From: Tubiluchus corallicola
Taxonomy: Eukaryota; Animalia; Priapulida
Assembly (NCBI GenBank): GCA_030141605.1
Contig: JAQGDQ010000548.1
Span: forward strand, 81,074-145,073
Direction of reading: 5' to 3'
Length of the DNA: 64,000 nucleotides
Below the pieces are notes generated by a model that did no database searches, was not told where the DNA came from, and saw nothing but the letters and a program-made list of their open reading frames with translations. This document shows positions 1-12,820 of the stretch, one piece after another (the first letter of the stretch is position 1; every line of letters begins with the position of its first letter). A program made the position numbers and the translations under genes.

Positions 1-2246
1 TGTAGATTCAAAACACTTAAAGACAGACAGTTGTGATATGTCAGTGGGCAGCTCGTGTATACTGTATATGTACTGTGGAACTGCAGCACCCCCTATAATA
101 TTATTGATAATATTCAATATAATAATTCTTTTTTTAGTTTTTCTTTATACTTGTGCGGAACCAGAGCATGTGAGGGTAGTACTGTTTGCTTGACAGCCCA
201 GCAGAGTGCACTCCAGCAACGCGGTGTTTGGCTGTTGTGAGCATGCGGCCATGCGCACATGTCTGAGCTCAGGTAGAGAAAGTACTGTCTCTCACACAGT
301 TTGTTGTCACATGCTTACCGTGAAGGAACAAGCTTAAACTGCTACAATTTAGGCTATTAATAAGCAAAAACTATATTTTTTGTTTAGGATTTTATCAAGT
401 TTATATATAAGCTTTCATATGTTTGTTTGTTTAAAATTACAATTACTAATCAACATTAAAATTATATATATATTAGGTTTGTTTCATATTACACAGTATT
501 AAAATAATGGCTTAACAAACGTAGTAAAATTTGCGGGATTCAACTGACAACAACAATTAAAATTATTCAGACAGAGAATTGCCAGAACATGTTGCCAAAT
601 ACATTTTGGAATTTTTTTAAAATACGTTTAGTCTTTAGTAAATATTAGGAAATGTTGAAAGTGAAGCACCAATGTGTAACTTGTCTAAAATATCAATGTT
701 TGTATGAAAAATTAAAATTAAAGGGTCTTTCGAAGGCCTTTAAGAAAGTGATTCATACTCGTCCTCTATAATTCCTATATTTTGGGGTTATGTCCTATCA
801 TTCCTATAAAACTATAAAAATCTGCTATAATTCCTATAAAATCATGAATTCTCAATGAAATGAGAATGTTACTGGTATTTTTCGAGCGCCTTCGATGCGC
901 ATAACCACAATTAGATATTATAAGTGCACATCTTAATGGTTTGGGCATTTTAGTGAATGTAAATAACAGTTGTGTGTCGTGAAGTATGTATGCTTTTACA
1001 GAGTTGGTCTTCTCATTGCGTGATTGATGTTTCTGGTGTATGCTCTAATTTGAAAAATCATTTACTTTTGCAGAGAAATTGTAAAAATCGCTGTAGTGTT
1101 AGGTTAAAATCTTTTGTTTTTATGGAAAAATGTCCTACAAATGCTATATTTTTTTCAAAAAATGTTCTATATTTTTTTAGAATAATGTCCAATATATTTG
1201 AAAAGTAGCATACGAGCCCTGGACTAGTTTTCTGAAACTAAAAGCAAGATAGGCTGTATCACTTTAATTTTTTAAGAGAAAATAACCTGTGTTTCCTGAA
1301 AAGCACCAGAATATTGTTGTATGTAGTAGAGAATTAAAATAAGTTTAATGTAATAGAGTGATGTTATTATAAAAATCTGTAGTCTCTGTGCACTACATAA
1401 TACAAAATACAAATACACTATTGTGTTATTATATAGAAGAAATGTGACACTGTCCGTTAAATTCTTAATATGAAAATAAATTCTAAGTGTTCATAAGACT
1501 GGTCACATAATTATTATAAGTTTAAAATTACTTTGGAATTTGAAAAATTGTACTTTTTGAATAATTAAATACATTCTAGGTGCTGTACTATATGCACTAG
1601 TCAAACACCAGTACAGTGCGTCTTGCCTCTGCTCTGACAATGCCATTGCCAATAACTTTTATTATTAGTTTGGCAGTTTGCGACAAGCCATTGTGAAAGT
1701 CGTAGTAGGAAACGATTATTACTGTCAGTATCGACAGTTTGTTGATTCCCCAGATTGCCAGTTTTGTTTTGTCACTATCGTGTACTGTTTATTGCATGAT
1801 TTGCGTATAAACAGGTATTAACAAGCGACTGGTATAGCAATGGCTAGGTTTTTCACTGGATTAACTGCGTTTACATCTTGAGGGGTTTCTTTTATTTTAG
1901 AAAACTGTCTGCCCAATGAGCCAGAGATGTGATGCACACTGTCGCAGCGATTTTATTAAAAATACATTACTTTTTATTGTTATAATAGTATTTATCTAAA
2001 ATTGTTTAAGTTTCTATACGATTGATATGGCCGGATGCGTATGATTTGTTTCAAGGATGCGTTTATTACCTTCTTAACTGGTAACTATAGTTTCCTAATT
2101 CAATATTTACGGTAGCATGTGTTGTGTGTTTTGGTCAGCAATAACCCACTAATCCTTAAGAATCAGCATGGCACCAATACCTGTAAATCCGTAACCACAG
2201 CTCTGATTCCATAGTAAGTAAAGTATTGCAGTTTTTTGATAACATA

Positions 2247-2870
2247 ATGTGCTTGCATAGCAAAATCGTCCATAAGTCGACAATTAAGCTTTTCTAGTCA
2301 TTCACATAACCTGAATCTCCATTTCATGAGGATCGTTTGGATACCAAGATCATCACTCTATGTTATTTCTAAGCTGAGATAATCCATGTTGAAGTTGAGG
2401 TGCTGACAAACATAATCTTGAGAAAACTGCTGTTAAAGTCAACCATTGTCGTGTTTCTACAAAACACTTAAGCACCTGTACAAATGTTGGATGCTATGGG
2501 CTTTGCAAGAGCACATTGTAGTTATGTTTAAATCCAGTAGATGACTCTTCCTAATGAAGATCTGGACTTTGCAACTGAAAAAACCCGAAGCAAAATGACT
2601 GCTTCCAGGAGTTACTACTGGAGTTTGAAAATAGGATTTTTTTACAATTGCAGTACTGCTTTCTAGAAAGAAAGGTGGGTAAGGCATTATAAAATTAGAT
2701 TTTTAGTATTTTTGAACATTTTGTTGATAATTTGATGCTATAGTATAAAAATCCAATATATTTAGCGTTGGTTTTTATAAAACACAAAAAATTAACATTC
2801 GACCAATTTTTTGTTACATTCTACTTTGAAGCGTCATAACGTAGTGTGGATGGTTTTGGTTTGCAGGCAT
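2247..2870. mobile_element. Non-autonomous DNA transposon (MITE family A), copy 1
   Basis: Begins tgtgcttgcatagcaaaatcgtccataagtc; collinear with the copy at 39013-39652 and inverted relative to 44706-45520. Confidence 0.7.
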
Positions 2871-4012
2871 GCGTTGTTATTATAATAAGTGTAGTGTGTA
2901 TACAAGTGTGAACAATGAAGATGAGTAGTTCTGCGGCCTCTACTGGATTGGTATGTGACTGATCTTTAAGTACTTGTGTGGCTTTGTACCTAAACCTGTG
3001 TGAGGTCACAGTAAAAGACACTTCTCTTTAAAATGTCAGCATCCTCATTGAAGAAGAAATTTGCATTGAGGGTGTATAAAAATCTAATGTGTTCACAGTT
3101 GTCTGATTGTGTGATGGGAATTTTTTGTGCCTCGTGTCACAAATGAAGTGAATCAGGGATGAGAATTTTCCAAGGTTGCGCGGAATTTGGAGTTTTTAGA
3201 AGACCAGTAGTGCCATTTTTGTAAATCATGTAAATTCGTAGAGAAAATTTTTACGGACACAGTACATTATTTCACAAACTGACCGCTAGTTGGCAGGCCG
3301 TCACTTTGTTTACATCACGTACATCAGTGTAACTACGTGTATATCTCTATGTATAAAAATATAGAATCAATTGTGCGGCGTTATTTGATTCAATTGTAGA
3401 CATTTTTTATATACTTTTGCATAGGAGCGGCCAGTACTTAGGCATTTTTGAGACAATTAGGCATCGTGTATCCTTGATAGTTGGATATTTTAAATTATGC
3501 ATGAAACAAGGTAATTGATATTTTAAGTCCACTTAGAGGTTCTCTATGGTCACAAAATTGCAATTTGTTGCTGGCTCCAAGGGGCTTTGCCCCTCAACCC
3601 CATTAGGGGCCTAGGTGGCCCCCCAAACCCCGGCCTGTTTCAGAGTTTTTTGCAACTTGTCATTCTCATCCCTGATATAAGAGTTACAAATTAAATGAAT
3701 AGCATTTAGAATCAATTAATCCTGACCATAATCTTAACCCTAATCCATTTCACTAACTAATTTCGTTTGTGTGATAATTGTGAACTCATAGCATAGCCAT
3801 TAAACGATTACCTAATAGGCCATGTATATGTACTGGGAAACTGCAGCACCCCCAATTTTAATGCATGTGTGATTTTAAAATGGTTTAAAATTTGTTTAAA
3901 ATTATGGTTTTGTGGTGAGTCAATCTCATTTTAACGGCCTTTGCTTATTTAGAGGTGCTGCTTAGACAGAAGAGGACCAACTTGACCTCGTAGCAAATCT
4001 TCTGCATTAATC

Positions 4013-5611
4013 ATGGCGGACGAAGATGAAATTGACTGTGCGCTTGTTAAAAGTGAGCCAGCTGACAATATAGTCAGTTGGGGTGAATCTGCAGATTATA
4101 GAGATACCTCATGTTTGACACATAGAGAGCTGCCCATTCGTGATGCAGCAATAGATAAGCAGTTAAAGTCTTATGTCTGTTGCACGGCGCCATCTGTAGC
4201 GGTGGAGAATGTTAATAATGATGATAGTGAGAGCGGGTCAAGTTTGATGCAGACCAGTATAAGAGACAGAAAAACATTTGCTCCGAACAATGTTGTCAAA
4301 GATGAACCTGTACTTATCATCGAGAATTGTCACGTTAATGCTAAGGAACATGATTCGGAGCGACATTATACGATAGAACCTTTTTCAACACCAGTGGCAG
4401 CTTCTGTCAAAACAAAAGAAAGAAATTTTGCAGGAAAGGATGTAAATTATTTGCCAGTTCCTGGACAGCCCTTAGCACTTGACACTTCATCCACAAACCA
4501 AAACGAAGCTGAAATAATGATCTCTGGGATGCTTCCCCAATGTTATGAGGAAAAGATAGGAACAATGGAGAAAGTTAAGTGCGCCGAGTGTGAAGCAACC
4601 TTTTCTTCTTCACATACATTGAACAAACACGTAAAAACTCACACTAAACGTAAACCATTTAAATGCAGCGAATGTCATGCATCCTTTGGATACAAATCAA
4701 CTCTAAAAGTTCATCAACGAATTCACACTGGTGAAAAACCATTTAAGTGTTCTGAATGCGAGGCACGTTTTGTTGATTCATCTTCATTAACCAAACATTT
4801 TAGAACCCATACTGGAGAGAAACCATACAAGTGTAGTGAATGTGAAGCATGTTTTGCACATAACTTTAATTTTAAAATTCATTTGAAAGCTCACACTGGT
4901 GAAAAACCATTTACGTGCAATCAATGTGATGCAGCTTTTGGCAACAGACAAGGTTTGAGGAAGCACAGAATTAGTCATCAGGACAAACGACCATATAAGT
5001 GCCTCATGTGTCCTAAGACTTTTAAGCATTATAGTTCATTAAGGCGTCACAAAATGACTCACAATGACGAGAAGCCTTACAAATGTGGTGTATGTGATTC
5101 TGCCTTTTTTCACGTATTTCATTTGAGAAGCCACATGCGAATTCACACTGGTGAAAAACCATTTAAATGCGATCTGTGCAAAGCTAGTTTTAAGTTTAAT
5201 TCTAATTTAACTAACCATTTGAGAACTCACACTGGCGAAAAACCATTTAAATGCGTGAATTGTGAAGCAACTTTTACGGATCCATCAGCTCTGCGATATC
5301 ACAAGTTAACACATCAAGATGAAAAGCCATTTAAATGTTTTACATGCACCAGAACTTTTAATCATCCAAAGTCTATAAAATACCACACTGATGCTAAAAA
5401 GTGTGATGTGTGTTATCTAATGTTCACCTGCACATATGAGCTCAAATCACACTTGCTGCTTCATGCCAATACAAACTTATCCCAAATGCCACAGCTGAAG
5501 TCACAATTGAACATTTTTGGTGGTGCGAAGCCATACATATGTGAGAAGTGTGGCATGGCTTTTGGTTTCTCATCTCACCTAAAGTCCCACGAGAAAGTTC
5601 ATGCAAAGTGA
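4013..5611 (+). CDS. C2H2 (Kruppel-type) multi-zinc-finger protein, 532 aa, single coding exon
   Basis: About 11 intact and 1 degenerate CxxC..HxxxH fingers with HTGEKPF/Y linkers; acidic N-terminal region; a splice-acceptor-like tract (ctttgcttatttag) ends at about 3952, upstream of the ATG. Confidence 0.92.
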   Translation: MADEDEIDCALVKSEPADNIVSWGESADYRDTSCLTHRELPIRDAAIDKQLKSYVCCTAPSVAVENVNNDDSESGSSLMQTSIRDRKTFAPNNVVKDEPVLIIENCHVNAKEHDSERHYTIEPFSTPVAASVKTKERNFAGKDVNYLPVPGQPLALDTSSTNQNEAEIMISGMLPQCYEEKIGTMEKVKCAECEATFSSSHTLNKHVKTHTKRKPFKCSECHASFGYKSTLKVHQRIHTGEKPFKCSECEARFVDSSSLTKHFRTHTGEKPYKCSECEACFAHNFNFKIHLKAHTGEKPFTCNQCDAAFGNRQGLRKHRISHQDKRPYKCLMCPKTFKHYSSLRRHKMTHNDEKPYKCGVCDSAFFHVFHLRSHMRIHTGEKPFKCDLCKASFKFNSNLTNHLRTHTGEKPFKCVNCEATFTDPSALRYHKLTHQDEKPFKCFTCTRTFNHPKSIKYHTDAKKCDVCYLMFTCTYELKSHLLLHANTNLSQMPQLKSQLNIFGGAKPYICEKCGMAFGFSSHLKSHEKVHAK

Positions 5612-5719
5612 GAAAAATCCGTTGTAACACTAAATATTAAAAAAACATTGATTGATAAAAAATCTGGCAAAGTTTTTTTTTATTTTACCTAGAACATTTT
5701 TTTCATGCGAGAGTCATGC

Positions 5720-6670
5720 AGGAAATCAGTTGGAGAGACCATGTAAATGTGACATAGAAAAGTACAAGCAAGAGCTATAAACTTTTTTGATGCTTAGAAT
5801 GAACTTAACGACTTTGACATTCAGCAGTCTGAATCAGAGCAGTCTTATGTATGTGGAAAAGGAGGTCCTTCTGATTACATTGTGAGTGTGAATGCATTTG
5901 AAGTGAGTGTGTTTCAAAGTGAAACATAAGTTTAAGTGCAGCCAGTGTAAGACAGCTTTCGTTTCTTTATGAATGTTATATGTGCACAAGAAAATTCACA
6001 CCTTAGAAAAGTCATCTAAATGCAGTGAATTTCATGCAAATTGCAGACATAAATCAGGTTTAAAAATTCACCAAAGAACACACGATGGCAAAAAGCCATT
6101 TAAATGCAACAAATGTGAATCATCTTTTAGTAGAAAATAGCCTAAAACATCATCAAAAGAGTCACACTGGTCAGAAACCATCCGAGTGTAGCAATTGCTG
6201 GCAGAAAGCCATTTAAATGCAACAAATGTGAAGCATCTTTTAATAGAAATGTAGCCTAAAACAATGTCAAAAGAGTCACACTGGTCAGAAACCATCTGAG
6301 TGTAGCAATTGCTGGCAAAAAGCCATTTAAATGCAAAAAATGTGAAGCATCATTTAATAGAAATGTAGCCTAAAACATCATCAAAAGAGTCACATTGGTC
6401 AGAAACCATCCGAGTGTAGCAATTGTGAACCACGTTTTGCATTGTAAACCTTATTTAAGAGTTCACCAAAGAAAACATATAGGTTTGAAGCCATTTCAGT
6501 GTTATGAAGAATCTTGTTTTGATTAAATGCATAAAAATGCTCGTTAGAACCTGTACTGCGAATTGAAACCAATTGAAAAGCCAAACAATTGTAGTAAATG
6601 TGAAGCTTCTTTCACGCAGAATTATGCCTTAAAAGCGCATCAAAGAATTCACACTGGTGGAAGACCATAC
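5720..6670 (+). pseudogene. Decayed C2H2 finger array downstream of the stop codon, including 3 tandem copies of a ~113-114 bp unit (6087-6430)
   Basis: Recurring aagccatttaaatgcaacaaatgtgaa (KPFKCNKCE) and cacactggtcagaaacca (HTGQKP) motifs broken by frameshifts and stops. Confidence 0.75.
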
Positions 6671-7417
6671 ACTCCTGGAACCAATTTCCCCATGGAAACT
6701 CGCTAGTTAAGAACAGGTGCCACCTCACCTTTAGCTCAAAATTACATACCAGTATATTGATAACACACTACGCAGCATCAATGCTGTACATAACTTTCAT
6801 TTGCTTTCTTGTGATGTTACAGATATACGGCACCTTTAGGATTTAATAAATTGTTCTAATGCTTTTAATTCAGAGAAAATAAAAATTTATTGTGCTGTAA
6901 CTCTTACTGTGAATGAGAGGGCTCAGGGCCATTGGACGCACTCCCTAAATCCGCCAACGATTATGAATGATTATAACAGTACCACTGATGTCCGGGCTGG
7001 CCCCATAGGTGGGCGACACGCTGTGGTCGTTGTGTAGTTGGTAAGCGAAATCAGTTTGCGATTGTTACGGATTTCAAGTTTTCGCTTTTGCACTGTCACA
7101 TTTCACGTTTTGCTTCGCCTCGTGGCCCATGTTCTTGCTTTTGTTTTAGCGCGTTATTGATGGGCAGTACATAATAGCTGTGTGAGTTAATGTCGAATGC
7201 CTGTTATAGCTTTTGAGTTGGTGTGTAAACGCTTATGGTCCAGCACATCTTTGCTGTAATAATTTTTGTAAGTTCTTGTGTTGATTAAATGCTTATTGAT
7301 AAAATTCTCACAAATCAATACGTAATAAGGTATAAGACGGATATGATATGTGAAAATTAATTGTAACCCACGAAGTTAGAATGGACAGTCTGCTGCTTTA
7401 TCGTTCCCCAATATTTT

Positions 7418-7690
7418 TCAGTTAGAGGTCGATATTGCTTCGATGAGTGATTTGATTGGAATCCTGAATGTGCGAGAATTTTCTAGGGTAGAGCCTTGGT
7501 GGACTACACGTATTAGTGATAAAATTTGATTTAGCACCAATTGTCTGTTGTGCAGTTGGGATGCTAAGAAATTTTGTGATAGTCCTCTAATGCCGTAATG
7601 TTCCATTGTTTTCTGTAATATTACTAATATATCATGCTGTAAAGTGTCGAATGGCATGGCGAGATCTAGAAAAATACCAAACACAACTTT
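7418..7690 (-). mobile_element. LINE reverse-transcriptase fragment (degraded)
   Basis: FLDLAMPFDTLQHDIL...HYGIRG...VHQGSTL matches non-LTR RT motifs FxDLSKAFD / YGIRG / VPQGS. Confidence 0.75.
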
Positions 7691-9899
7691 AATAAGTCCA
7701 CAAAAATTCTAATTACCAAAATCATGTGAAATTAAGAATGGATATCCTTATCTTTAAACAATTAACACGTTCACTTATATTCAGCAAAGTAAAATATTAA
7801 CTTTTATTAGAGTAAACCAATCAGTTAATCGAAATGAACATTGCCATATCAAGAAAAAAAACAAAGCCTATTTCAAAACTATGAACTATGAATTTATTTT
7901 CACACCTCAAAATACAATATCAAACACATTAATAAACTTTAAATAAAATAATTTGAGTAGTGCGAGGTGAGTGTACGATCATAAGCACTTAAATGAAAAA
8001 ATGATAATAGTTATGCATGCTTCTGTAGATAACTTAATGTAAATAAGGATGAATTAAATGATGTAATAATAGCAATGGTATAAGAGCAATAAACCTGAAA
8101 GTTGAGAAAGGAAACCATAATATGTAATTACGACTTTGAGTGAACCTTAGAGTGAATTTTTTTTAAATAGTTACGGATATTAATTATGTGATTGTCTGTC
8201 AATGTACCACTTACTTGTATTAAAATGCACCATATTGCTTACTCGTATATACAATGAAATACATATATACACATATATATATTCAAATTTAAGTGGGGGA
8301 GAAGACATTAAATTATAAATTATACTTGTAGTAATAACTATAATTGTATAGAACATTAAATATAATTGATGGTAGTAATGTAGCCATCATAACCATTAAA
8401 GATGGGCTATGGGGAGGGAGGGGGGCATATTATAAAAATATTAGTGATTCATTCTCAAAATGCATTAAAAAAAATTCACTTGCCTAGTCTCCTGCCCTTT
8501 CTTATAAATAGATTAGTCTATTAAAAATTAACGGTGATGCTGCAGATAGACATAGACGTGACACTGGATGCAATTATTGTTAATTACTTAAATAAACTAA
8601 TCAAAATAAAGCAATGACAAAAGCAAAAATATAAAAACAAACATAACAACAATAGCATAAGTGAAAAAAAGAATAATAATAAATGAAGATGATGAATAAG
8701 TATCAATAATTAGTTACGAATTAAATAAAATTATAATAATGCACAGTTGTTTACAAAATGCTCGGCAAGAAAAAATAATGTGAATATGATTATATAACAG
8801 AAAACAAGAAACGTAAAAGCAAAGCAGAGCAGTTAATTTATGTCAAGATGTAAGATTACGGCGCAATCAATCGCGTCTCGGAGCTGTTACTTTGTGACAT
8901 TTGGAAATCAGTTAGGTCGATTGCACGAACTCAGTACTCAGCTCTAGATTATGTCTTTAGAATTTCCTCCATTAACAGGTACATCCGTAACTTTCATCGC
9001 ACGCTCAAAACATCTGCCAAAGAACTTCTTGCTGTCCTCGAGTGGACCCGCCATCTGTCCTCTCATTAGACAGACACGGTAATTTGCTAGTTTCTCTGGA
9101 CATTCACTACTGTAACAGAAATAACCAGAAGTATCGTAAGTTCAGTACAGATTATTATAGTTTTTACTGTCCTATAGCCCACGTGTTTATTGACGTGGTA
9201 TGTGGCCTCAAATACGAAATAAACCATGTATGGCACAGGGCACATCTGATGGATGCTAGAATGGTTATATCATTTCAAATCAGCAACAAAAATTGTATAG
9301 AACCAGTTAAACTCTTTGGAGTTTTAGCACCTCATCCCTCGCCCTCTCTCCATTTTTTTCTGCCATCCGCAAAAAATGTGATCTAATTAACTGAAAGGAA
9401 GTATTTGCCAAATAATGAGTCAGAGCAATGAAATTAATTTGAACTGTTTATAATTATAACTATTATAAGAAAGGTGATCAATATCTGAAATGTCTAATGA
9501 TTGCAGAATTTTATTTAAGTAGTAGAATAAATAGCCCTTCACAAATTTAATGTCAGGCCTCAACCATAAACAGTGCTCTCTCTCTAGCCGAATGAAGTAA
9601 GTGATTTTTGTAAATCTAAGTTTATTAATTGGACAGCAATTTTCTGAGTGATTTTTTTGTTCAAATTACATTACTGCAAATTTTGTATTTTTTGTTTTTT
9701 CTCCTTGTTTAGAATTTAAAGACTGCAGAAACACCTTATGCAAAGAACTTTTGTGTTTGCTGTGTTAACAATAACAGTATTCAATTTCATACTTAATTCA
9801 CTTGGATCATTAAAAAGGAAAAAATGCCAAATAAATGCTACTGCATATGACTTATATTTACAGGTAATAGCTGAAGTGCTTTTGGAATTTACTCAATAT

Positions 9900-10880
9900 G
9901 AGAGTGATAAAATGCTCTGGAACTTTTTGAGTGAACATTGTTGTACACTCATCCTTCTTTTAGAGTGATAAAATGCTCTGGAACTTTTTGAGTGAACATT
10001 GTTGTACATTCATCCTTCTTTTAGAGTGAACATTGTTGTACACTCATCCTTCTTTTAGAGTGATAAAATGCCCTGGAACTTGTTGAGTGAACATTGTTGT
10101 ACATTCATTCTTCTTTTAGAGTGATAAAATGCTCTAGAACTTGTTGAGTGAACATTGTTGTACATACATCCTTCTTTTAGAGTGATAAAATGCCCTGGAA
10201 CTTGTTGAGTGAACATTGTTGTACATTCATTCTTCTTTTAGAGTGATAAAATGCTCTAGAACTTGTTGAGTGAACATTGTTGTACATACATCCTTCTTTC
10301 AGAGTGATAAAATGCTCTGGAACTTGTTGAGTGAACATTGTTGTACATTCTTCCTTCTTTTAGAGTGATAAAATGCTCTGGAACTTGTTGAGTGAACATT
10401 GTTGTACATTCATCCTTCTTTTAGAGTGATAAAATGCCCTGGAACTTGTTGAGTGAACATTGTTGTATATTCATTCTTCTTTTAGAGTGATAAAATGCCC
10501 TGGAACTTGTTGAGTGAACATTGTTGTTCAATCATCCTTCTTTTAGAGTGATAAAATGCTCTGGAACTTGTTGAGTGAACATTGTTGTACATTCATCCTT
10601 CTTTTAGAGTGATAAAATGTCCTGGAACTTGTTGAGTGAACATTGTTGTACATTCATCCTTCTTTTAGAGTGATAAAATGCCCTGGAACTTGTTGAGTGA
10701 ACATTGTTGTACATTCATCCTTCTTTTAGAGTGAACATTGTTGTACATTCATCCTTTTAGAGTGATAAAATGCTCTGGAACTTGCTGAGTGAACATTGTT
10801 GCACATTCTTCCTTCTTTTAGAGTGATAAAATGCTCTGGAACTTGTCGAGTGAACATTGTTGTTCAATCATCCTTCTTTA
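9900..10880. repeat. Tandem array of a 61-bp unit (about 16 copies, two shortened)
   Basis: Unit agagtgataaaatgctctggaacttgttgagtgaacattgttgtacattcatccttctttt repeated head to tail with no unique spacers. Confidence 0.95.
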
Positions 10881-12820
10881 TCACCACTTGCGTCAAAATG
10901 CCAAATGATTGCAAAGGTCAGGCTTAATAGGCACGTTTTCCTTTAAGAAGGTGAGGCCATGCTGGTCACCATAAATTTTCCATAAGCATCTTTCCAACAA
11001 CATTGCTTCTGTTTTGTTATGTCTGTAGGGTAGACGATCGATATATTGGCCTCAACGTCCTGCTTAGGAGCTCAACTTTCCCACACGAACGTCTCGTAAA
11101 AGGCATTGTTCATACAGTACTAGTGGAAGATGTTTTCTCGGGCGACGGAGTTTCCACATCCAAAACGAAGCTGGAAAGTGGCTTTTGTCTCTGTAAAAAA
11201 AGAATAAAAATGACACCTTATGGGCAAGTGAAAAATGTATGAAGTAACAAACTAAACTAACAATGGGAATGATTGATTGAAATAAACAGTCGGTCAACAA
11301 AGATGAAAGTTTGTTGCTGCAACGTGATAGTTTTTGTCATACCTTAGCTGCCCACCAATGCTTTTTCTGCCTTTAATGTGAAAATTGTGGACCTCAATCC
11401 AACCGTGTCTGTTGCCCAGGGCTTACCTAAAGTATTGTACAACCAAGGTTTACCATTGTTGATAAATGAAACTTCTACAGCAAAATAATAATAACAGTAT
11501 TGCAGGAATACTAAAATCGCAGATCATAGGCACAATTATGTAGATTCCAAGGTTCCTGATGGGTAGCAAGTGTTTTCAGGGGTGAATACTAGCAGTAAGA
11601 GATAAGGATGTGCTATTGTTGATGGAAATGATGCTGAATTTGGATTTTTGTTACCATGTGTATATTTCATTTGCATTATTGTTGATAATCGGTTTTACAG
11701 AGTCTGCTAAAACCCTTTTGGGCTGCCTTCATCGGAGACTAGTGTGGTGGGATTAATGTGAGCAAGGATTCATTTCATGTGAAATACGAGCAGAGTGTAA
11801 GTATGTGTCTACAGAGTTGTTTATTTTGGACAGTAAGTTTGTTTGGAAGGTTCTAGGCTTGTAAAGCAGATGGATTTTTGGAGGCAGAAATGGAAAATGA
11901 CAGAGACCTTGCCGATGACTCCATGCTATAACTAATGCAATAAAATGTCTATTTAAACATTGCTGTTTTACGTAGCAACGATGATTACATAATTACTAGA
12001 CATTTTAGTGCAAACAAACGTGGAGAGTTTTTTTTGCCGTTGGAGAAGAATTTTTATTTCTTAAATCAAAGTGAATATTGTGAAACATCTGTTGATGGTC
12101 TGTGAGAGACAATAGTTAAATGCACAATGTTGTATCGACAACCTTTACGTAGCACCAGCACGACTCAGGAGTGAGGTAATTGCCTCGTCATACTTCTTCA
12201 CTTAGAGCTCTTGGACAACCCACCCTGTGAGAGATTCTGAAACTTTCGGAGCATTGGTGGAGTGTTCACATAGTGGTGGAGTCCGCAGTATTCTGGTTAT
12301 ACTATTCGGCGGTAGAGGAGAAGCAGAGATACGACTATGATTCCAGATTATACTACTTGTGGCGTGTCAGAACTCATGGATCGGCTACATAGTGGAGCAT
12401 CCTCCTTATTCCAGTGCAGGATCATGGATTTGGGACTGTGAACCATCCTTGGTGCACTCTGGAAGAGCCGGCCATCGGGAACGACGTATAAACATGAGTA
12501 TACTCCTTGCTACTTGTCAAATCTGGGCCCAGTTCTTGTTCAATAATATACTATATAATTTGCACAGCATCCAGGTGTTTATGTTGTTCTATTTCAAAGT
12601 TTGTGAAAACATTTTACGATTAACAACTCAATGATTATATTTAATAAAATAATCGAGTCCTATAGGAGAATTGCCCCAACATGAATCCAAACGCTTGGTA
12701 ATGAAATTTGTAGAAATAATTACCCTGACGTGTAACTAAATTTAGATTTGAGACTTTGATACTAAATTACCCTAGATCAATTATAATATATTAGCTTTAA
12801 TACCACAAACTACCACATAG

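Noticed and set aside
9900-10880. Possible CRISPR array
   Set aside because: Units are contiguous with no unique spacers, there are no cas genes, and the context is eukaryotic
11390-11940. Possible Penelope-like relic on the minus strand
   Set aside because: Only vague similarity (FINNGKP, PPKIH); not supportable
12150-12700. Possible LTR-retrotransposon remnants flanking EVE1 (AATAAA...ccccaaca at ~12642-12680; weak integrase-tail-like peptides on the minus strand)
   Set aside because: No second LTR, PBS or TSD found and the motifs are too weak by eye; needs a repeat-library search
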